DNA from: Octopus sinensis
Lineage: Eukaryota
Assembly (NCBI RefSeq): GCF_006345805.1
Contig: NC_043023.1
Coordinates: 15,376,001-15,440,000, forward strand
DNA length: 64,000 nt
Reading direction: 5' to 3'
Notes under the pieces: generated by a model
Database searches by the model: none
The model's input: the letters and a program-made list of their open reading frames with translations, nothing else
Told to the model about the DNA's origin: nothing
In this document: piece by piece, positions 23,265-36,854 of the stretch
Position numbering within the stretch: the first letter of the stretch is position 1
Layout of the letters: each line of letters opens with the position of its first letter
Made by a program: the position numbers and the translations under genes

Positions 23265-24374
23265 ATGAATAGTCTGGAGATGTTAAAAGAAAGAGAAAAG
23301 TTATCAGACCAATGTGATATCTGTAAAAAGACTTTTTCTAATAAGGGAAATCTCACTGTTCACAAATTCATTCATGCAGGGGGGAAACTATATCATTGTG
23401 ATATCTGTGGTAAGTCATTCTCTCGAAAAAGTCACCTTACTCATCACAAATACACTCATACTGGAGAGAAACCATATCAGTGTGATACCTGTGGTAAATC
23501 ATTCTCTCAAAGGACTGTCCTTTCTTATCACAAATTCGTTCATACTGGAGAGAAACCATATCACTGTGATATCTGTGGTAAATCATTCACTCAGAAATGT
23601 AGCCTCACTCATCACAAATACACTCATACTGGAGAGAAACCATATCACTGTGATATTTGTGGTAAATCATTCTCTCAAAAGACTGCCCTTTCTTATCACA
23701 AATTCGTTCATACTGGAGAGAAACCATATCACTGTGATATCTGTGGTAAATCATTCTCTAAAAAATATAACCTAACTAAACACAAATCCATTCATACAGG
23801 AGAGAAACCAAATCAATGTCGTATTTGCGATAAATCATTCTCTCAAAGAAGTTACCTTGATTCTCACATATCCATTCATACAGGGGAGAAACCACATCAG
23901 TGTGGTGTTTGTGGTAAATCATTCTCTCAAAAGAGTAACCTTAATTCTCACAAATACATTCATACAGGTGAGAAACCATATCAGTGTGATATCTGTGATA
24001 AATCCTTTTCATTAAAAAGTTATTTAACTACTCACAAATCCATTCATACAGGTGAGAAACCATATCGATGTGATATTTGTGGTAAATCATTCACTCAGAA
24101 ATGTAGCCTCACTCATCACAAATACATTCATACTGGAGAGAAACCATATCAATGTGATATTTGTGGTAAATCATTCTCTCAAAAGACTGCCCTTTCTTAT
24201 CACAAATTCGTTCATACTGGAGAGAAACCATATCACTGTGATATTTGTGGTAAATCATTCTCTAGAAAATATAACCTTACTAAACACAAATCCATTCATG
24301 CAGGAGAGAAACCATATCACTGTGATATCGGTGCTATATCTGTGGTAAATCATTCTCTCAGAAGAGGTACTTAA
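23265..24374 (+). CDS. C2H2 zinc-finger protein D (369 aa, 12 intact fingers, frameshifted tail)
   Basis: ORF MNSLEM... with 12 fingers. A deletion junction at 24325-24329 shifts only the last ~15 codons. Confidence 0.92.
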   Translation: MNSLEMLKEREKLSDQCDICKKTFSNKGNLTVHKFIHAGGKLYHCDICGKSFSRKSHLTHHKYTHTGEKPYQCDTCGKSFSQRTVLSYHKFVHTGEKPYHCDICGKSFTQKCSLTHHKYTHTGEKPYHCDICGKSFSQKTALSYHKFVHTGEKPYHCDICGKSFSKKYNLTKHKSIHTGEKPNQCRICDKSFSQRSYLDSHISIHTGEKPHQCGVCGKSFSQKSNLNSHKYIHTGEKPYQCDICDKSFSLKSYLTTHKSIHTGEKPYRCDICGKSFTQKCSLTHHKYIHTGEKPYQCDICGKSFSQKTALSYHKFVHTGEKPYHCDICGKSFSRKYNLTKHKSIHAGEKPYHCDIGAISVVNHSLRRGT

Positions 24375-25362
24375 ATAGACACAAATGCATTAATACAGGG
24401 GACAAACCATAGCACTGTAGTATCTGTAGTAAATTATTCCGTTTAAGAAACTATTTAATTAATTACAAGTCTGCTCATACTGGAGAGAAACTATGTGACT
24501 GTGATGTCTGCAGCAAATCATTCTCTCAGGAATATGCTGTATATACTTATAAACGTATTCATACAGGAGAAAAACTCTATTGGTGTGATATCTGAGGTAA
24601 ATCATTCTCTGTGGAACAATATTGAATTCATCACAAATCCATTCATACAGGAGAGAAATCATATCACTGTGACATCTGTGACAAGTCATTCTTTCATAGA
24701 GAGAAATAATAAACTAAACACAAACATATTCATACAGGAGAAGATTCTTATGACTGTGTAATCTGTGCTAAATCATTCTCTCAATAATCTACCTTAACTA
24801 AACATATACTTATTCATATTGATCAATAACAATATCAATGATAAAACAGATGTCCTGCTGAATAAAATACAGCAAATGTATTACTTTTTACAAAATAAAT
24901 TCATTTTTCACATTTTCCTCATTTGCATCAACTCACTAATTACGATTTGTGTTTTTTATTCAAACAATATTGATTATATTAATTTGGTCTGTTTTCTTGA
25001 GGATATATTATTTTGACACAAATGTATTACACTCCAGTTCCCAGCCATGATCAGTTATCCTCTGCTGGACACACTCAGGGATCCCAGGATCTGCACCCTT
25101 TGTGCTACTGCCCACATATTCTGGCACTAGCTGGAGGCTTATTGCTGTTTGTTACAGTTTTGGGTGTAGAGTGGGAAATATTTTTCAAAAGCCTAATGCC
25201 CCACTCTACCTATGGTTCAAGCACATCCCCGCTCAACCCATGCAAGGGATTATCATCATACTTATTTTTTGATAAATCATTCTGTAGAGCAGGTTTTCAT
25301 GGTCTTGTTCTTACCAGACACCAAGTAGGGATTTATGATGGGCATCTGGTTAGAATGGCACC

Positions 25363-26425
25363 TGTTGTGATGAGAGTTGCCATGTGCCCTTGTGAGAGAT
25401 AGACTGGTTCGAGTAAAGTATAAATAGTAACGATCTGAGTGAGTTTGCGGTTCAGAGTCAAGTGAAGTCAGAAGGTGTCGCTTGGTTTACTTCCTAAGGA
25501 ATATTGAATATTGGTTCGTAAAAGATTTGTTAGTTCATTAGATTGTTGTTACAATTTTCTGGTTATCTTATTTATTGTACGGAACATTTATGTTACAACA
25601 TCTGGCGATGAGGGTTTCGAAGCTCTTGCAGGTCAGTTAACAAATTTTTGTGATACAAAATTGTTAAATCATGGAAGACTAATTAGCTTCTTTAAAACTG
25701 TTGAAAAATCAACGACAAAGGCAGCAACAACAACAATTATTGGGGCTTTATTCAAAGAAGTCCAAAAATGAGGGAAGTACATTCTCGCCAGACGATGTTT
25801 TGGACTCGATGAATCCAGTTATAACCCAGAGGACGGTATAACTGTTGCATTGTACTACAGCAGGTAATTTTTAAGGAAGATTGTAAGACATGGTCAGACA
25901 CAGAAAAAGTAAGGTTATTATGACATAAATGAGCCCCATCTGAGTATGAACATTATTTTAATTTCATATTACCCCAAAAAAAACTCAATGAAATTTGTTT
26001 TAAAGAAACAATAGAATTAATGTCTAACGTATTCGGTGATTAAACTTCTCCAACACTTGGATGGTGTTTTGGAATATAATGAAAAAAGAGGATGGTGATT
26101 TTATCACATACGCAGGAACAATTAACAGAATGTGTGAATATTTTTAAACTCAGAGAATTTACACCTGAGATGTTCAGGTGTCTTCCTTTTGTATAAGGCC
26201 TTACAACAACTGAATATACAGAAATTCACACTGCAGAACTAAATTCTGAAGATCAACCATTAAAGATCCTAGAGGGCTCTCAACAGAAACAAAATTCGAC
26301 TCCCAAATGAGAAAATTTGTACATGTAAAAATGATTGGAATACATATTAAACTTCAGTTCGATCCTGGAAGTGATATTTCAATAATAAATATGGATACAT
26401 GGAAGAAAATAGGGGAACCTATCTA
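25363..26425 (+). mobile_element. Ty3/Gypsy relic: LTR 25363-25600, PBS 25603, gag, protease
   Basis: PBS TGGCGATGAGG resembles the complement of the tRNA-Ser(GCU) 3' end (TGGCGACGAGG). Protease segment ...DISIINMDTWKKIGEP is uninterrupted here. Confidence 0.85.
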
Positions 26426-28959
26426 TTTTACATGTTTCAGGCATTTGACAGTGGCCATGCTGGAGCACCGCCTTTAGTTGAGCAAATAAACCCCAGGACT
26501 TATTCTTTGTAAGCCTTGTACTTATTCTATTTTTCTCTTTTGCCAAACTGCTATGTGACGGGTGTGTAAACACACCAGCATCAGTTGTCAAGCAATGTTG
26601 GGGGGACAAACACAGACACACAAGCATACATATATATGATAGGCTTCTTTCAGTTTCCGTCTACCAAACCCACTCACAAGGCTTTGGTCGACCCGAAGCT
26701 ATAGTAGAAGACATTGAACCAATGTGCCACATTGTGGGACTGAACCCGGAATCTTATGGTTCATAAGCAAGCTACATACCACACAGCCACTCCTGCGCCT
26801 ATACTCTTTACCCGTTTCAGTCATCTGACCACGGCCATGCTGGAGCACCGCCTTTAATCGAGCAACTCGACCCCAGGACTTATTCTTTTGTAAACCCAGT
26901 ACTTCTTCTATTGGTCTCTTTTGCCGAACTGCTAAGTAACAGGGACATAAACACACCAGCATCGGTTGTCATGCAATGCTAGGGGGACAAACACAGACAC
27001 ACACACGCATATATATATATACACGACGGGCTTCTTTCAGTTTCCGTCTACCAAATCCACTCACAAGGCTTTGGTCGGCCCGAGGCTATAGTAGAAGACA
27101 TTTGACCAATGTGCCACGTTGTGGGACTGAACCCAGAACCTTATGGTTCATAAGCAAGCTACTTACCACACAGCCACTCCTGCGCCTATGTTGAGAAAAA
27201 CAGCAAAATTTCTTTGTAGCATGACAGGTGACAAATTAAATTTCATAGGCGAAATGTGGGGATATGTCACATTTCCAGTGAAAGCATGCAAGGAGAATGT
27301 CTTCATCATTAAAAATGTTGATTATCTGTTTGGTACCTTTTTTTTTTCTTGTTTCAGCCCAGAGCTGCGGCCATGCTGATGCACCGCCGTTTTGTGCTAC
27401 ACTGTTATTACGAAGAACCACCCCCAATATGTGGCACTTGGTGAAGAATGGGGTTTGATATAGCTACTCTCATTTGCACCTCTTGCTGTGAGGTAGGTTC
27501 ATCTGGGACTCTTGACAGGAAGATGTCCAGCTTTGATTTAAAAACCACTGCATCTACTTTGTGGATCATCGTCTAGCGTTCGTTTTCCATGCTAGCATGG
27601 GTTGGATGGTTCAACTGGGGTCTGGGAAGCCAGAAGGCTGCATCAGGCCCAGTCTGATCTGGCAGTGTTTCTACGGCTGGATGCCCTTCCTAACGCCAAC
27701 CACTCAATGAGTGTAGTGTGTGATTTCTATGTGCCACCGGCACCGGTGCCAGATGAGGCTGGCAAACGTCCATGATCGGATGGGGCTTTTTACGTGCCAC
27801 CGGTACAAGGAGCCAGAGGAGGCTGGCAAACGGCCATCTAAACATTTAATACCTTGTGTTTTGTAAATCAAATAATATCAACAAATTATAAAACAAACAC
27901 ATAACAAGAAGAATTTTTGCAGAACAGACGTTATTTTAATGAAATATATCTTGTAATCACCTGAAAAGACACATCTACACTGTTGGATACTCATAAAGCA
28001 ACTCTTCAATATTGCACTCATAAAGGATCAAAGCAAGATGTGTTGAAACAATTGTAGTGATCAATAAATATTCTTGTATCTTCCATTAATTATATCATCA
28101 TCATCTATTTCTTTGCTGCCCACAAGGGGCTAAACATAGAGGGGACAAACAAGGACAGACAAAGGGATTAAGTCGATTACATCGACCCCCCCCAGTGCGA
28201 AACTGGTACTTTATTTATCGACCCCAAAAGGATGATAGGCAAAGTCGACCTTGGTGGAATTTGAACTCAGAACGTAACGACAGACGAAATACCGCAAAGC
28301 ATTTCGCCCGGCCTGCTAACGTTTCTGCATCATCATCTTCGTTTAATGTCTGCTTTGCTTGATGGCATGGGTTGGACGGTTTGACCGGGTCTCTGGGAAG
28401 CCACATGGCTGCACCAGGCTCCAGTCTGATCTGGCAGTGTTTCTACAGCTGGATGCCTTTTTCTCCATGCTGAGCAGGGCCATCTCTCTGACAGGATCTG
28501 TCTTTGGTCTTTGCTAAATTTACTGTATGGTTTTTCAATCCAGATTTTGCTTCCATACCTGAAATTTGTTCTCTAATTGTGGTAGGGATTCAGCAATAAG
28601 AACAAGGTCATCAGCTTGGAAGTGATCCCAAGGGCAGCCAATCTTAAATTCCTTCCTAATGCCAACCACTCCGTGAGTGTAGTGGGTGCATTTTACATGC
28701 CAACAGCACAGGTGCCAGGCAAGGCTGACAACGGCTATGATCGGTTGGTGCTTTTCACCGGCATAGAAGCCAGTCAAGGTGTTGCTGGCATCAGCCATGT
28801 TCGGATGGTGCTTTTTACTTGCCACCGGCACAGGTATCACAACTACAATTTCCATTTGATTTTTTGTTGTTCATGTACTTGACTCAATAGGTCTCCTCAT
28901 ATATAAATGTAAGTTCCATGGATCAAGGTGTAGAATTGTATCAAGTAGAAGCACAAATG

Positions 28960-30200
28960 ATGCTATCTTCCTGGTGAGGCAAAAGCAGAAGTACTTGGTC
29001 AAAGATATATCTTTGTATTTGGCTTTTGTTGACATGGAAAAAGCTTTGGACAGAGTCCCCTACTCCATTATTTGGTGAGCAATAGAGAAGCTAGGGAGAG
29101 ATGAGTGGTTGGTGAGACATGTAAAAGCCATGTATAGGGATGCTGTCAGTAAGGTAGACGTCACCAATGAGTATAGCATGAATTTTAGTGTCAAAACAGG
29201 AGTCCACCAAGGATCGTTTTTCACCCCACTCTTGTTTATCATAGTCCTGCAAGCAATAACAGAGGAATTTAAGATTGGCTGTCCTTGGGATCTCTTCCAA
29301 GCTGATGACCTTGTTATTATTGCTGAATCCCTACCAAAATTAGAGAACAAATTTCGGATCTTTTCCTTTTGAACGGCACTTTGTAACATAATTTCTAGTT
29401 AACTAAACACTTTTAAACTTCGTATACTGGAAGAATGTGTTTATAAAACATCATTTTTTCTTGACTTTATTGAGAAAATTCTATAGTTTGTAAGATATTT
29501 CGTCTGAAAATTTGAGTATTTTGGCAATTTTAACCAATCGCTGGAGTCCATTTAGGTAAACATTCCGTGCTGTATGAATATGTCCCTCCTTTAAGAAACA
29601 GATTGGGTTTATTTACATTTGTGAAGAAAAAAAGATACCCTTCCCACACCCCTAACCCTAACTCTAAAATAGATTGAAATGCAATAGATCGATACTAGGG
29701 CCATAATTATGGGTGACATTTTCATTTGACACCGCTAGAAAAAAATCCCACTTTCTGTAGCGGTGTCGTATGAAATTGTCATCCATAATTATGGCCCTAG
29801 TATCGATCTATTGCATTTCAATCTCTTTTAGATTTAGGGTTCGGGGTGGGGAAAGGTATCTTTTTTTCTTCACAAATGTAAATAAACCCAATCTGTTTCT
29901 TAAAGGAGGGACATATTCATTATGCACAGAATGTTATTTACCTAAATGGAGGTCAGCGATCAGTTAAAATTGCCAAAATACTCGAATTTTCAGACGAAAT
30001 ATCTTACAAACTATAGAATTTTCTCAATAAAGCCAAGAAAAAATGATGTTTTATAAACACATTCTAATAGTATACGAAGTTTAAAAGTGTTTAGTTAACT
30101 AGAAATTATGTTGAAAAGCACCGTTCAAAAGGAAAAGATCCCAAATTTCAGGTATGGAAGCAAGATCTGGATTGAAAAACCATACAGTAAATTTAGCAAA
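28960..30200 (+). mobile_element. RTE-clade LINE reverse-transcriptase fragment (interrupted by MITE A)
   Basis: LYLAFVDMEKAFDRVP...GVHQGSFFTPLLFIIVLQAITEEFKIGCPWDLFQADDLV. Confidence 0.85.
29356..30141. mobile_element. Palindromic MITE family A, full-length (786 bp) with 8-bp TSD
   Basis: GGATCTTTTCCTTTTGAACGGCA...CCGTTCAAAAGGAAAAGATCC. TSD CAAATTTC at 29348-29355 and 30142-30149; empty paralogous site at ~52850. Confidence 0.93.
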
Positions 30201-30739
30201 GACCAAAGACAGATATGGCCTTGCTCGGCATGTAGAAAAGAAGTCAGGAGAAACTCCATGTAGTGTACCCAGTACAAGCTATGGACACATATTGTTCATT
30301 AGATTATAGGCTGCAGATCGTGGGATAGCCTAAGCATGTCCAGCAGAGAACAACTGATCATCGTTGGGAACTGGAATGTGATACAATGGTGTCGAAATGA
30401 TATATCCCCAAGAAAACAGCAAATTAATGTAATTAAAATTGTTTGAATGAAAACCACACACATTATAATTAATGAGTTGATGCAAATGAGGAAAATGTAA
30501 AAAATTTATTTGTCTGAAAAAAAGTAATACAATTGCTGTATTTTATTCCCCATTTTATCACTGGTATTGTTATTGATCAATATCAATAAATACAGGTTTA
30601 GTTAAATTACATTAAGAAGATTATTTTGCACAGATAACACAGCAATATGTCTTTTCTCCTGTATGAATGCATTTAAAATTAGTTAAACAACATAATCCTA
30701 AGAGAAGGATTTACTACAGATATCAAAACCAAAAATCAA

Positions 30740-31040
30740 AATCATAATCGATCAACATCAATGGAATTCGTAGCTGTGATACCAGTGCCGGTGGCACATA
30801 AGTGAACCATCCGAACGTGGCCGTTTGCCAGCCTCGTCTGGCACCTTTGCAGGTGGCACGTAAAAAGCACCCACTACAATCACGGAGTGGTTGGCGTTAG
30901 GAAGGGCATCCAGCTGTAGAAACACTGCCAGATCAGACTGGAGCCTGGCACAGCCTTCTGGCTTCCCAGACCCCAGTTGAACCGTCCAACCCATGCTAGC
31001 ATGGAAAGCAGACGCTAAATGATGATGATGATGATGATCA
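30740..31040 (+). mobile_element. Retroposon 3' end with (TGA)n tail (copies ~27570-27830, 28330-28460, 28640-28860, 37200-37430, 47440-47680, 53700-53910, 54100-54235, 54725-55010, 55290-55445)
   Basis: Shared GGAGTGGTTGGCGTTAGGAAGGGCATCCAGCTGTAGAAAC...CCAACCCATGCTAGCATGGAAA...GATGATGATG. Confidence 0.85.
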
Positions 31041-31121
31041 CAGTGATACAATATCTGCCCAATCTAAGTGGATTTGTGACAAAAATATTTTCTTACGCAG
31101 AATGATTTACTGCAGATATTA

Positions 31122-31277
<156 letters not shown>

Positions 31278-31345
31278 TTATGAGTGGACTTATGATTACT
31301 CAAATATTTTCTTACACAGAATGATTTACTGCAGATATCACAGTG

Positions 31346-32566
31346 CTATGATTTCTCTCTTGTATGAATGTATTTGTGTCTATTAAAGTTACTTTTACGA
31401 GAGAATGATTTACCACAGATATCACAGTGATATCGTTTCTCTCCTGTATGAATGTATTTGTGTCTAGTAAGGTTACTTTTTCCAGTGAATGATTTACCAC
31501 AGATATCACACTGATATGGCCTCTCATCAGTGTGAGTAAGTTCATGAACAGTTAAATTACTTCTTAATACAAAGGATTTATCACAGATATTGCAGTGATA
31601 TGGTTTCTCTCCTGTATGAATGGATTTGTGAGAAGTAAGGTTACCTTTTTGAGAGAATGATTTACCACAAATATTGCAGTGATATGGCTTCTCACCTGTA
31701 TGTGTATATTTGTGAGTAGTTAAATGACTTTTTAATGGAAAGGATTTATCACAGATATTGCAGTGATATGGTTTCTCTCCTGTATGAATGTGTTTGTGTG
31801 TAGTAAGGTTACTGTTATGAGAGAATGATTTTCCACAAATATCACAGTGATATGGTTTCTCTCCTGTATGAATGTATTTGTGATGAGTAAGATGATCTTT
31901 CTTAGAGAATGATTTACCACAGATATCACAGTGATATGGTTTCTCTCCTGTATGAGTGTATTTGTGAGAAATAAGGCTACCTTTTCGAGAGAATGATTTA
32001 CCACAAATTTCGCAGTGATATGGCTTTTCATGAGTATGGAAACGTTTGTGTCTAGTTAAATCACTCCTTAGTGAAAAGGATTTATCACAGATATCGCATT
32101 GATATGGTTTCTCTCCTGTATGAATGTATTTGTGAGTTTTAAGGTGACTTTTTTGAGAGAATGATTTACCACAAGCATCACAGTGATGTTGTTTCTCTCC
32201 GGTATGAATGTATTTGTGACAAGTTAGGCCAGTCTTTTGAGAGAATGATTTACCACAGATATCACAGTGATGTGGTTTCTCTCCTGTGTGAATGTATTTG
32301 TGACAAGTAAGGCTACCTTTTTGAGAGAATGATTTACCACAAATTTCGCAGTGATATGGTTTCTCTCCTGTATGAATGTATTTGTGATGAGTAAGATGAT
32401 CTTTCTGAGAGAATGACCTGCCACAGATATCACAGCGATATTGCTTTCCACTTGGATCAATACACTTGTGAACAGAGAGATTTGCTGTATTAGAAAAAGT
32501 CTTTTTACAGATATCACATTGGTCTGATAATTTTTCTCTTTCTCTTGTCATCTCCGGCGGATTCAT
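31346..32566 (-). CDS. C2H2 zinc-finger protein E (406 aa, 13 intact fingers plus degenerate first finger)
   Basis: Uninterrupted ORF. ATG MNPPEM at 32566; the frame stays open upstream to 32698 without an ATG. Confidence 0.93.
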   Translation of the reverse strand: MNPPEMTREREKLSDQCDICKKTFSNTANLSVHKCIDPSGKQYRCDICGRSFSQKDHLTHHKYIHTGEKPYHCEICGKSFSQKGSLTCHKYIHTGEKPHHCDICGKSFSQKTGLTCHKYIHTGEKQHHCDACGKSFSQKSHLKTHKYIHTGEKPYQCDICDKSFSLRSDLTRHKRFHTHEKPYHCEICGKSFSRKGSLISHKYTHTGEKPYHCDICGKSFSKKDHLTHHKYIHTGEKPYHCDICGKSFSHNSNLTTHKHIHTGEKPYHCNICDKSFPLKSHLTTHKYTHTGEKPYHCNICGKSFSQKGNLTSHKSIHTGEKPYHCNICDKSFVLRSNLTVHELTHTDERPYQCDICGKSFTGKSNLTRHKYIHTGEKRYHCDICGKSFSRKSNFNRHKYIHTREKS

Positions 32567-33779
32567 TATTCTTCTGCAGTATGCAACACCAAAATATATT
32601 TTTCTTTTCTTCTTTATAAATGTCTTTGTTGATTCAAATACTTCTACTGCTATATTTACAGCAAATCTGATCTTCTCGAATATCTGAAGATAATACAAAG
32701 ACCTTCACAGATTTTTCCAAATTCAAACAGAATGTAAAATACTGGCAATGAAGAAAACAAACGTTCGTATTAATTCCAAAGAAATATTTCACAGTTATTC
32801 ACCATAGATTTGTAATAGAAACAGGGTTATATATATCATTTATAATATCTTCCATTAGTCTTCAAATGATGATCAATATTCATGATGTATCTGATGTAAA
32901 AACTCCTTTATACCACTAACATCTCATATTCTGAAATGACACAGAAACAGTTGAAGATATAGGAAAGACTTCAAAAGCAGAGATTCAACTATAAAAAATA
33001 TTACTACATTTTCAAAATAAAAAAACTGTTTATATAAACCTTAACCTGAATAATTAGTCTCTATACACAGACTTCCGTTCCTATGCCTTCAGATATTATG
33101 TAAAATGTTAAACTACAAAATATTGGACAATAACTTCCTACTATCTTCAGAAATGTGATGAGTCACTGTTGTTTAGCCCGGAATCATCCCTGGCTGAACA
33201 GGTCTATTAATGAAATTAGGTTGGGTTCACGACTTTTAAAATAACAATAATGAAATTACTGTATACAGTGCTCAGGTGCACCACAACTTGTCAAAAGTGC
33301 GTATAAAGTATATGCAGTAATGTACAAATGTATGGGAAGTGAACAGTGTATGAGTCAGATACATGCTTGCGTGTGTATGGAGGGGAGAAAATCAGGTGTA
33401 GTGTTGGCGAATCTGAGGAAGCATGGAAAGAAGCCCGTCGTATATATGTGTATATGTATGTTTATGTGTCTGTGTTTGTCACCCTAAAATCGCTGGACAA
33501 CCGATGCTGGTGTGTTTACGTCCCCATAACTTAGTGGTTCGACAAAAGAGACCGAATAGAATAAGTTCTGGTGTCGATTTGCTCGACTAAAAGGTGGTGC
33601 TCTAGCATGGCCACAGTCAAATGACTGAAACAGAGAGAAGAGATAACTATTAAAGCCAATCATTTTGACAAAATAAACAGCAAATAGTGATACGTAGCAA
33701 GTTATACCTCTATAATAAAGCGATAGACAGCTTCGAATGGACACAAGTAACAAATGGAATGTCTACTGTAATAAAAGAA

Positions 33780-34124
33780 GGCGATCTTACGGTATAAGTA
33801 CCGGTGTACTTCCGGAAGTACCAGATACATTTCAAAAAAGTGTTTTTTTTATACATGGAGGGTTAGGTTTAAAGTTAGGGCTAGGGTATGTGGCGATCCT
33901 TCGGTATATGTACACACGTGACTTTGTTTACATTTCTGAAGATATGGGCTCCAGCGGTGGTGCCCCAGCATGACCGCGGCTTAAACATTTTTAAGGATTT
34001 TAATGATTTATAACAGAAACCCTTTTCTCCCACCCCTAACAGAAACCCTAAACCTAACCCTCCATATATAAAAAAAAACCCCACTTTTTTTAAATGTATC
34101 CGGTACTTATACCGTAACATCGCC
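33780..34124. mobile_element. MITE family B (GGCGAT termini, probable 8-bp TSD)
   Basis: TIR GGCGAT(C/G)TTACGGTATAAGTACCGG; flanks TAAAAGAA/TAAAAGAC. Shorter relatives at 20650-20825 and 43834-44009. Confidence 0.8.
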
Positions 34125-34329
34125 TAAAAGACATAAAAAATTTGGTGCTTTTTCATCGACATACCAAGTAAAAATGAAGATTAGATTTTCTTGGCATTAT
34201 CCAAGAAGTTTAACGGAGAATGGAATTAATATCGAAATCAGATTAGCAACATTCAAAACTTTCACAATTGTCTGGAGTTTCCAATTAACCAGGGTCATCG
34301 GATTTTACTACAAACAAAACATGTATTGT

Positions 34330-34650
34330 ATCTTACCTGTGATGATAAATAAATTAGTGTTTAATATGAATTAACGTTAATTACGGAAAGTATCGATTTG
34401 GCGGGAAATATAATTTAAAGGCACTTTAGAAAAATCGATACGGAACGTCAACGAAACGAACTAACTTCTAAATATTGTATCCATCCTATTACTACGCATT
34501 TGTCGGATGCTAAAACTGAAGTGGTAAATTTTTAATGGTTTTTATTGCTATAATTACGTTTACGAAATGTGAATTATAATGAAAAAACCCCGAATAATGG
34601 CAAAAAATACAAAAGTATATGCTGACTACTTATTTTCAGGTTTTTTGCTA
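34330..34650 (-). promoter_or_regulatory. Putative promoter and first exon of E
   Basis: Core at 34448-34464 (minus); CAG|GTAAGA donor at 34336. Confidence 0.6.
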
Positions 34651-35051
34651 CTCTTACGATCTCCTCTTTAAACCGGGTAGTGTCGTTCTTCGTTTATTTC
34701 TTTTTAAGGTTAAGGTGGGAAACCCGTGGGTTGTTTTCTAACCAATACCCAAGAAATTATGTAAAGCTGACTCGCAAAGTCTTATCCAATATTATTTTTA
34801 TTAAATCCAAATTCAATCGTTTAAAGAGTATTAGAAATAAAAACGGGAGAGACTCCCTTAGTTTTATTTATTTATTTTTATCTAGTTTCAGCATACGAGC
34901 TGTGGCCATGCTGGGGCACCGCCATTCTTTTTAAGAAGGCGTGTGATAAAAGGCATTTTGCTGATATTTTCTCTGCTAAGAGTTTACTTGATAAGAAGGA
35001 CAAGTATTGAATTTCCAAACTAATTCTTCAAACTACTCTGGAAAGAATTTA

Positions 35052-35480
35052 GGATCTTTTCGGTTTGACCGGCAGTTTTTAAAAATAATTTCTACGTAAC
35101 TAAACACTTTTAAACTTCGTATACTGGTAGAATGTATACTGCTAGATCGCTTATTTGTGTAATTAAAACATCTTTTTCTCTTGGCTTTATTGAGAAAATC
35201 CTACAGTTTGTAAGATATTTGTTGTTTTTTATTTCTGCAATTTCAACTAATAAATGACGTCTATTGAGGTGAAAACATTCTGTGCCGTATGAATATGTAC
35301 CTCGTTTAAGAAACAGATTGGATTTATTTACATTTCTGAAGAAAAAAAAACATACCCTTCCCCCCACTTCTAACCCTAAAACAGATTGAAATGCAATAGA
35401 TCGATACTAGGGTCATAATTATGGGTGACAATTTCATATGATGCCGCTAGAAAAAACTGCCGTTCAAACGGAAAACATTC
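35052..35480. mobile_element. MITE family A, short monomer form, between the E and F promoter modules
   Basis: Terminus GGATCTTTTCGGTTTGACCGGCAG; body homologous to 11746-12145. Confidence 0.8.
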
Positions 35481-35629
35481 GATGGGAGTAAGACACACGT
35501 GTCTGTTCCCCACACCCACCACTATCTGACAAGTCGTGTTGCTTTCTTTGACATTGTGGTTCGGTACGCGGAGGACGTAAAAGTAGCAATAAAAATGTCA
35601 GCTTCTAGCTTTGTATCATTTGTTATTAT

Positions 35630-35850
35630 TTGCATTTTTTCTTACAATTCACATTTTCAAAAAGTTACAACTTTACTTTTAGCATCAGACAAAAGTGTTA
35701 TTAATACGGGAAGCACAACAACCGGATTCTTAATTCGTTTCGTTGACGTTCCGTGTCGGCTTTTCGATGTGTCTTTTTCGCTAGATCGCTTATTTGTGTA
35801 ATTAAAAATATTATAAAACACCGACTAATATATTATAAGAGGTAAGATGT
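35630..35850 (+). promoter_or_regulatory. Putative promoter and first exon of F
   Basis: Core at 35730-35747; GAG|GTAAGA donor at 35842. Confidence 0.6.
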
Positions 35851-36594
35851 AAGACATATTTTCTTTTTAGTAAAAGACTATGTATCTGGCTAATTTGAAA
35901 CAGCAGGCAGTTTTGAAAGTTTTAAATACTGCTTCTCTGAAATCGATATTAATTCTATTGTCCAGTAAACTTCGTAAATTATGCCTAGAAAATCTGGATT
36001 TTACTTGTGGCCATGAAAAAGCACCAGATTTTTAATTACAATTATTTTAATAAATACTTCCTTATTTTAGTAGATATTTCAGTGTTTTCATTTCAAGTTT
36101 TAATTTGGAAAACTGACAGTTCATTCTATTAATAAACTGGTATAATTTTAGTAAAAAATAAAATTAAGAAGTGATTTTGTTATGGTTATCTGGATTGCTA
36201 TAACCTTTAGAATAATACCTATCCAAACCGATTTTGGACATTTTCATTTTTAACTTAAAAACCACGGGAGGGGCCTTTTCGGTTAAAATAAAACAAGTAA
36301 ACATTTTCAGGGGAAAAGGTGAACAATTCAAGGGATGTTTTGCTGGTGTTTCTAGCAGAACCCAAACCACCCTCCCTTTTCACTCTCACATGTATTATCT
36401 TTTTCTTACTTGTTTCAGTCATTTTGACTGCGGCCATGCTGGAGCACCGCCTTTAATCGAGCAACTCGACCCTGGGACTTATTCTTTGTAAGCCCAGTAC
36501 TTAATGTATCGGTCTATTTTGCCGAACTGCTAAGTGACCGGGACATAAACACACCAGCATCGGTTGTCAAGCAATGCTAGGGGGACAAACATAT

Positions 36595-36639
<45 letters not shown>

Positions 36640-36854
36640 TAGGACAGGCTTCTTTCAGTTTCCGTCTACCAAATTCACTCAAAAGGCATTGGTCGGCCCG
36701 AGGATATAGCAGAAGACACTTGCCCAAGGTGCCACGCAATGGGACTAAACCCGGAACCATGTGGTTGGTAAACAAGCTACTTACCACACAGCCACTCCTG
36801 TGTGTTGATGTTTTTTTTTTAAATATTTTTCTCCTATTATATTTTATGGAATGA

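Noticed and set aside
29640-29670. CCCTAA repeats as an interstitial telomere
   Set aside because: Only 2-3 units, always embedded in MITE bodies.
32567-32698. N-terminal extension of E/H (YYLQIFEKIRF...) as an effector domain
   Set aside because: It has no ATG, is closed by stops in paralogs, overlaps the predicted intron, and no KRAB, ZAD, SET or BTB motif is recognisable.
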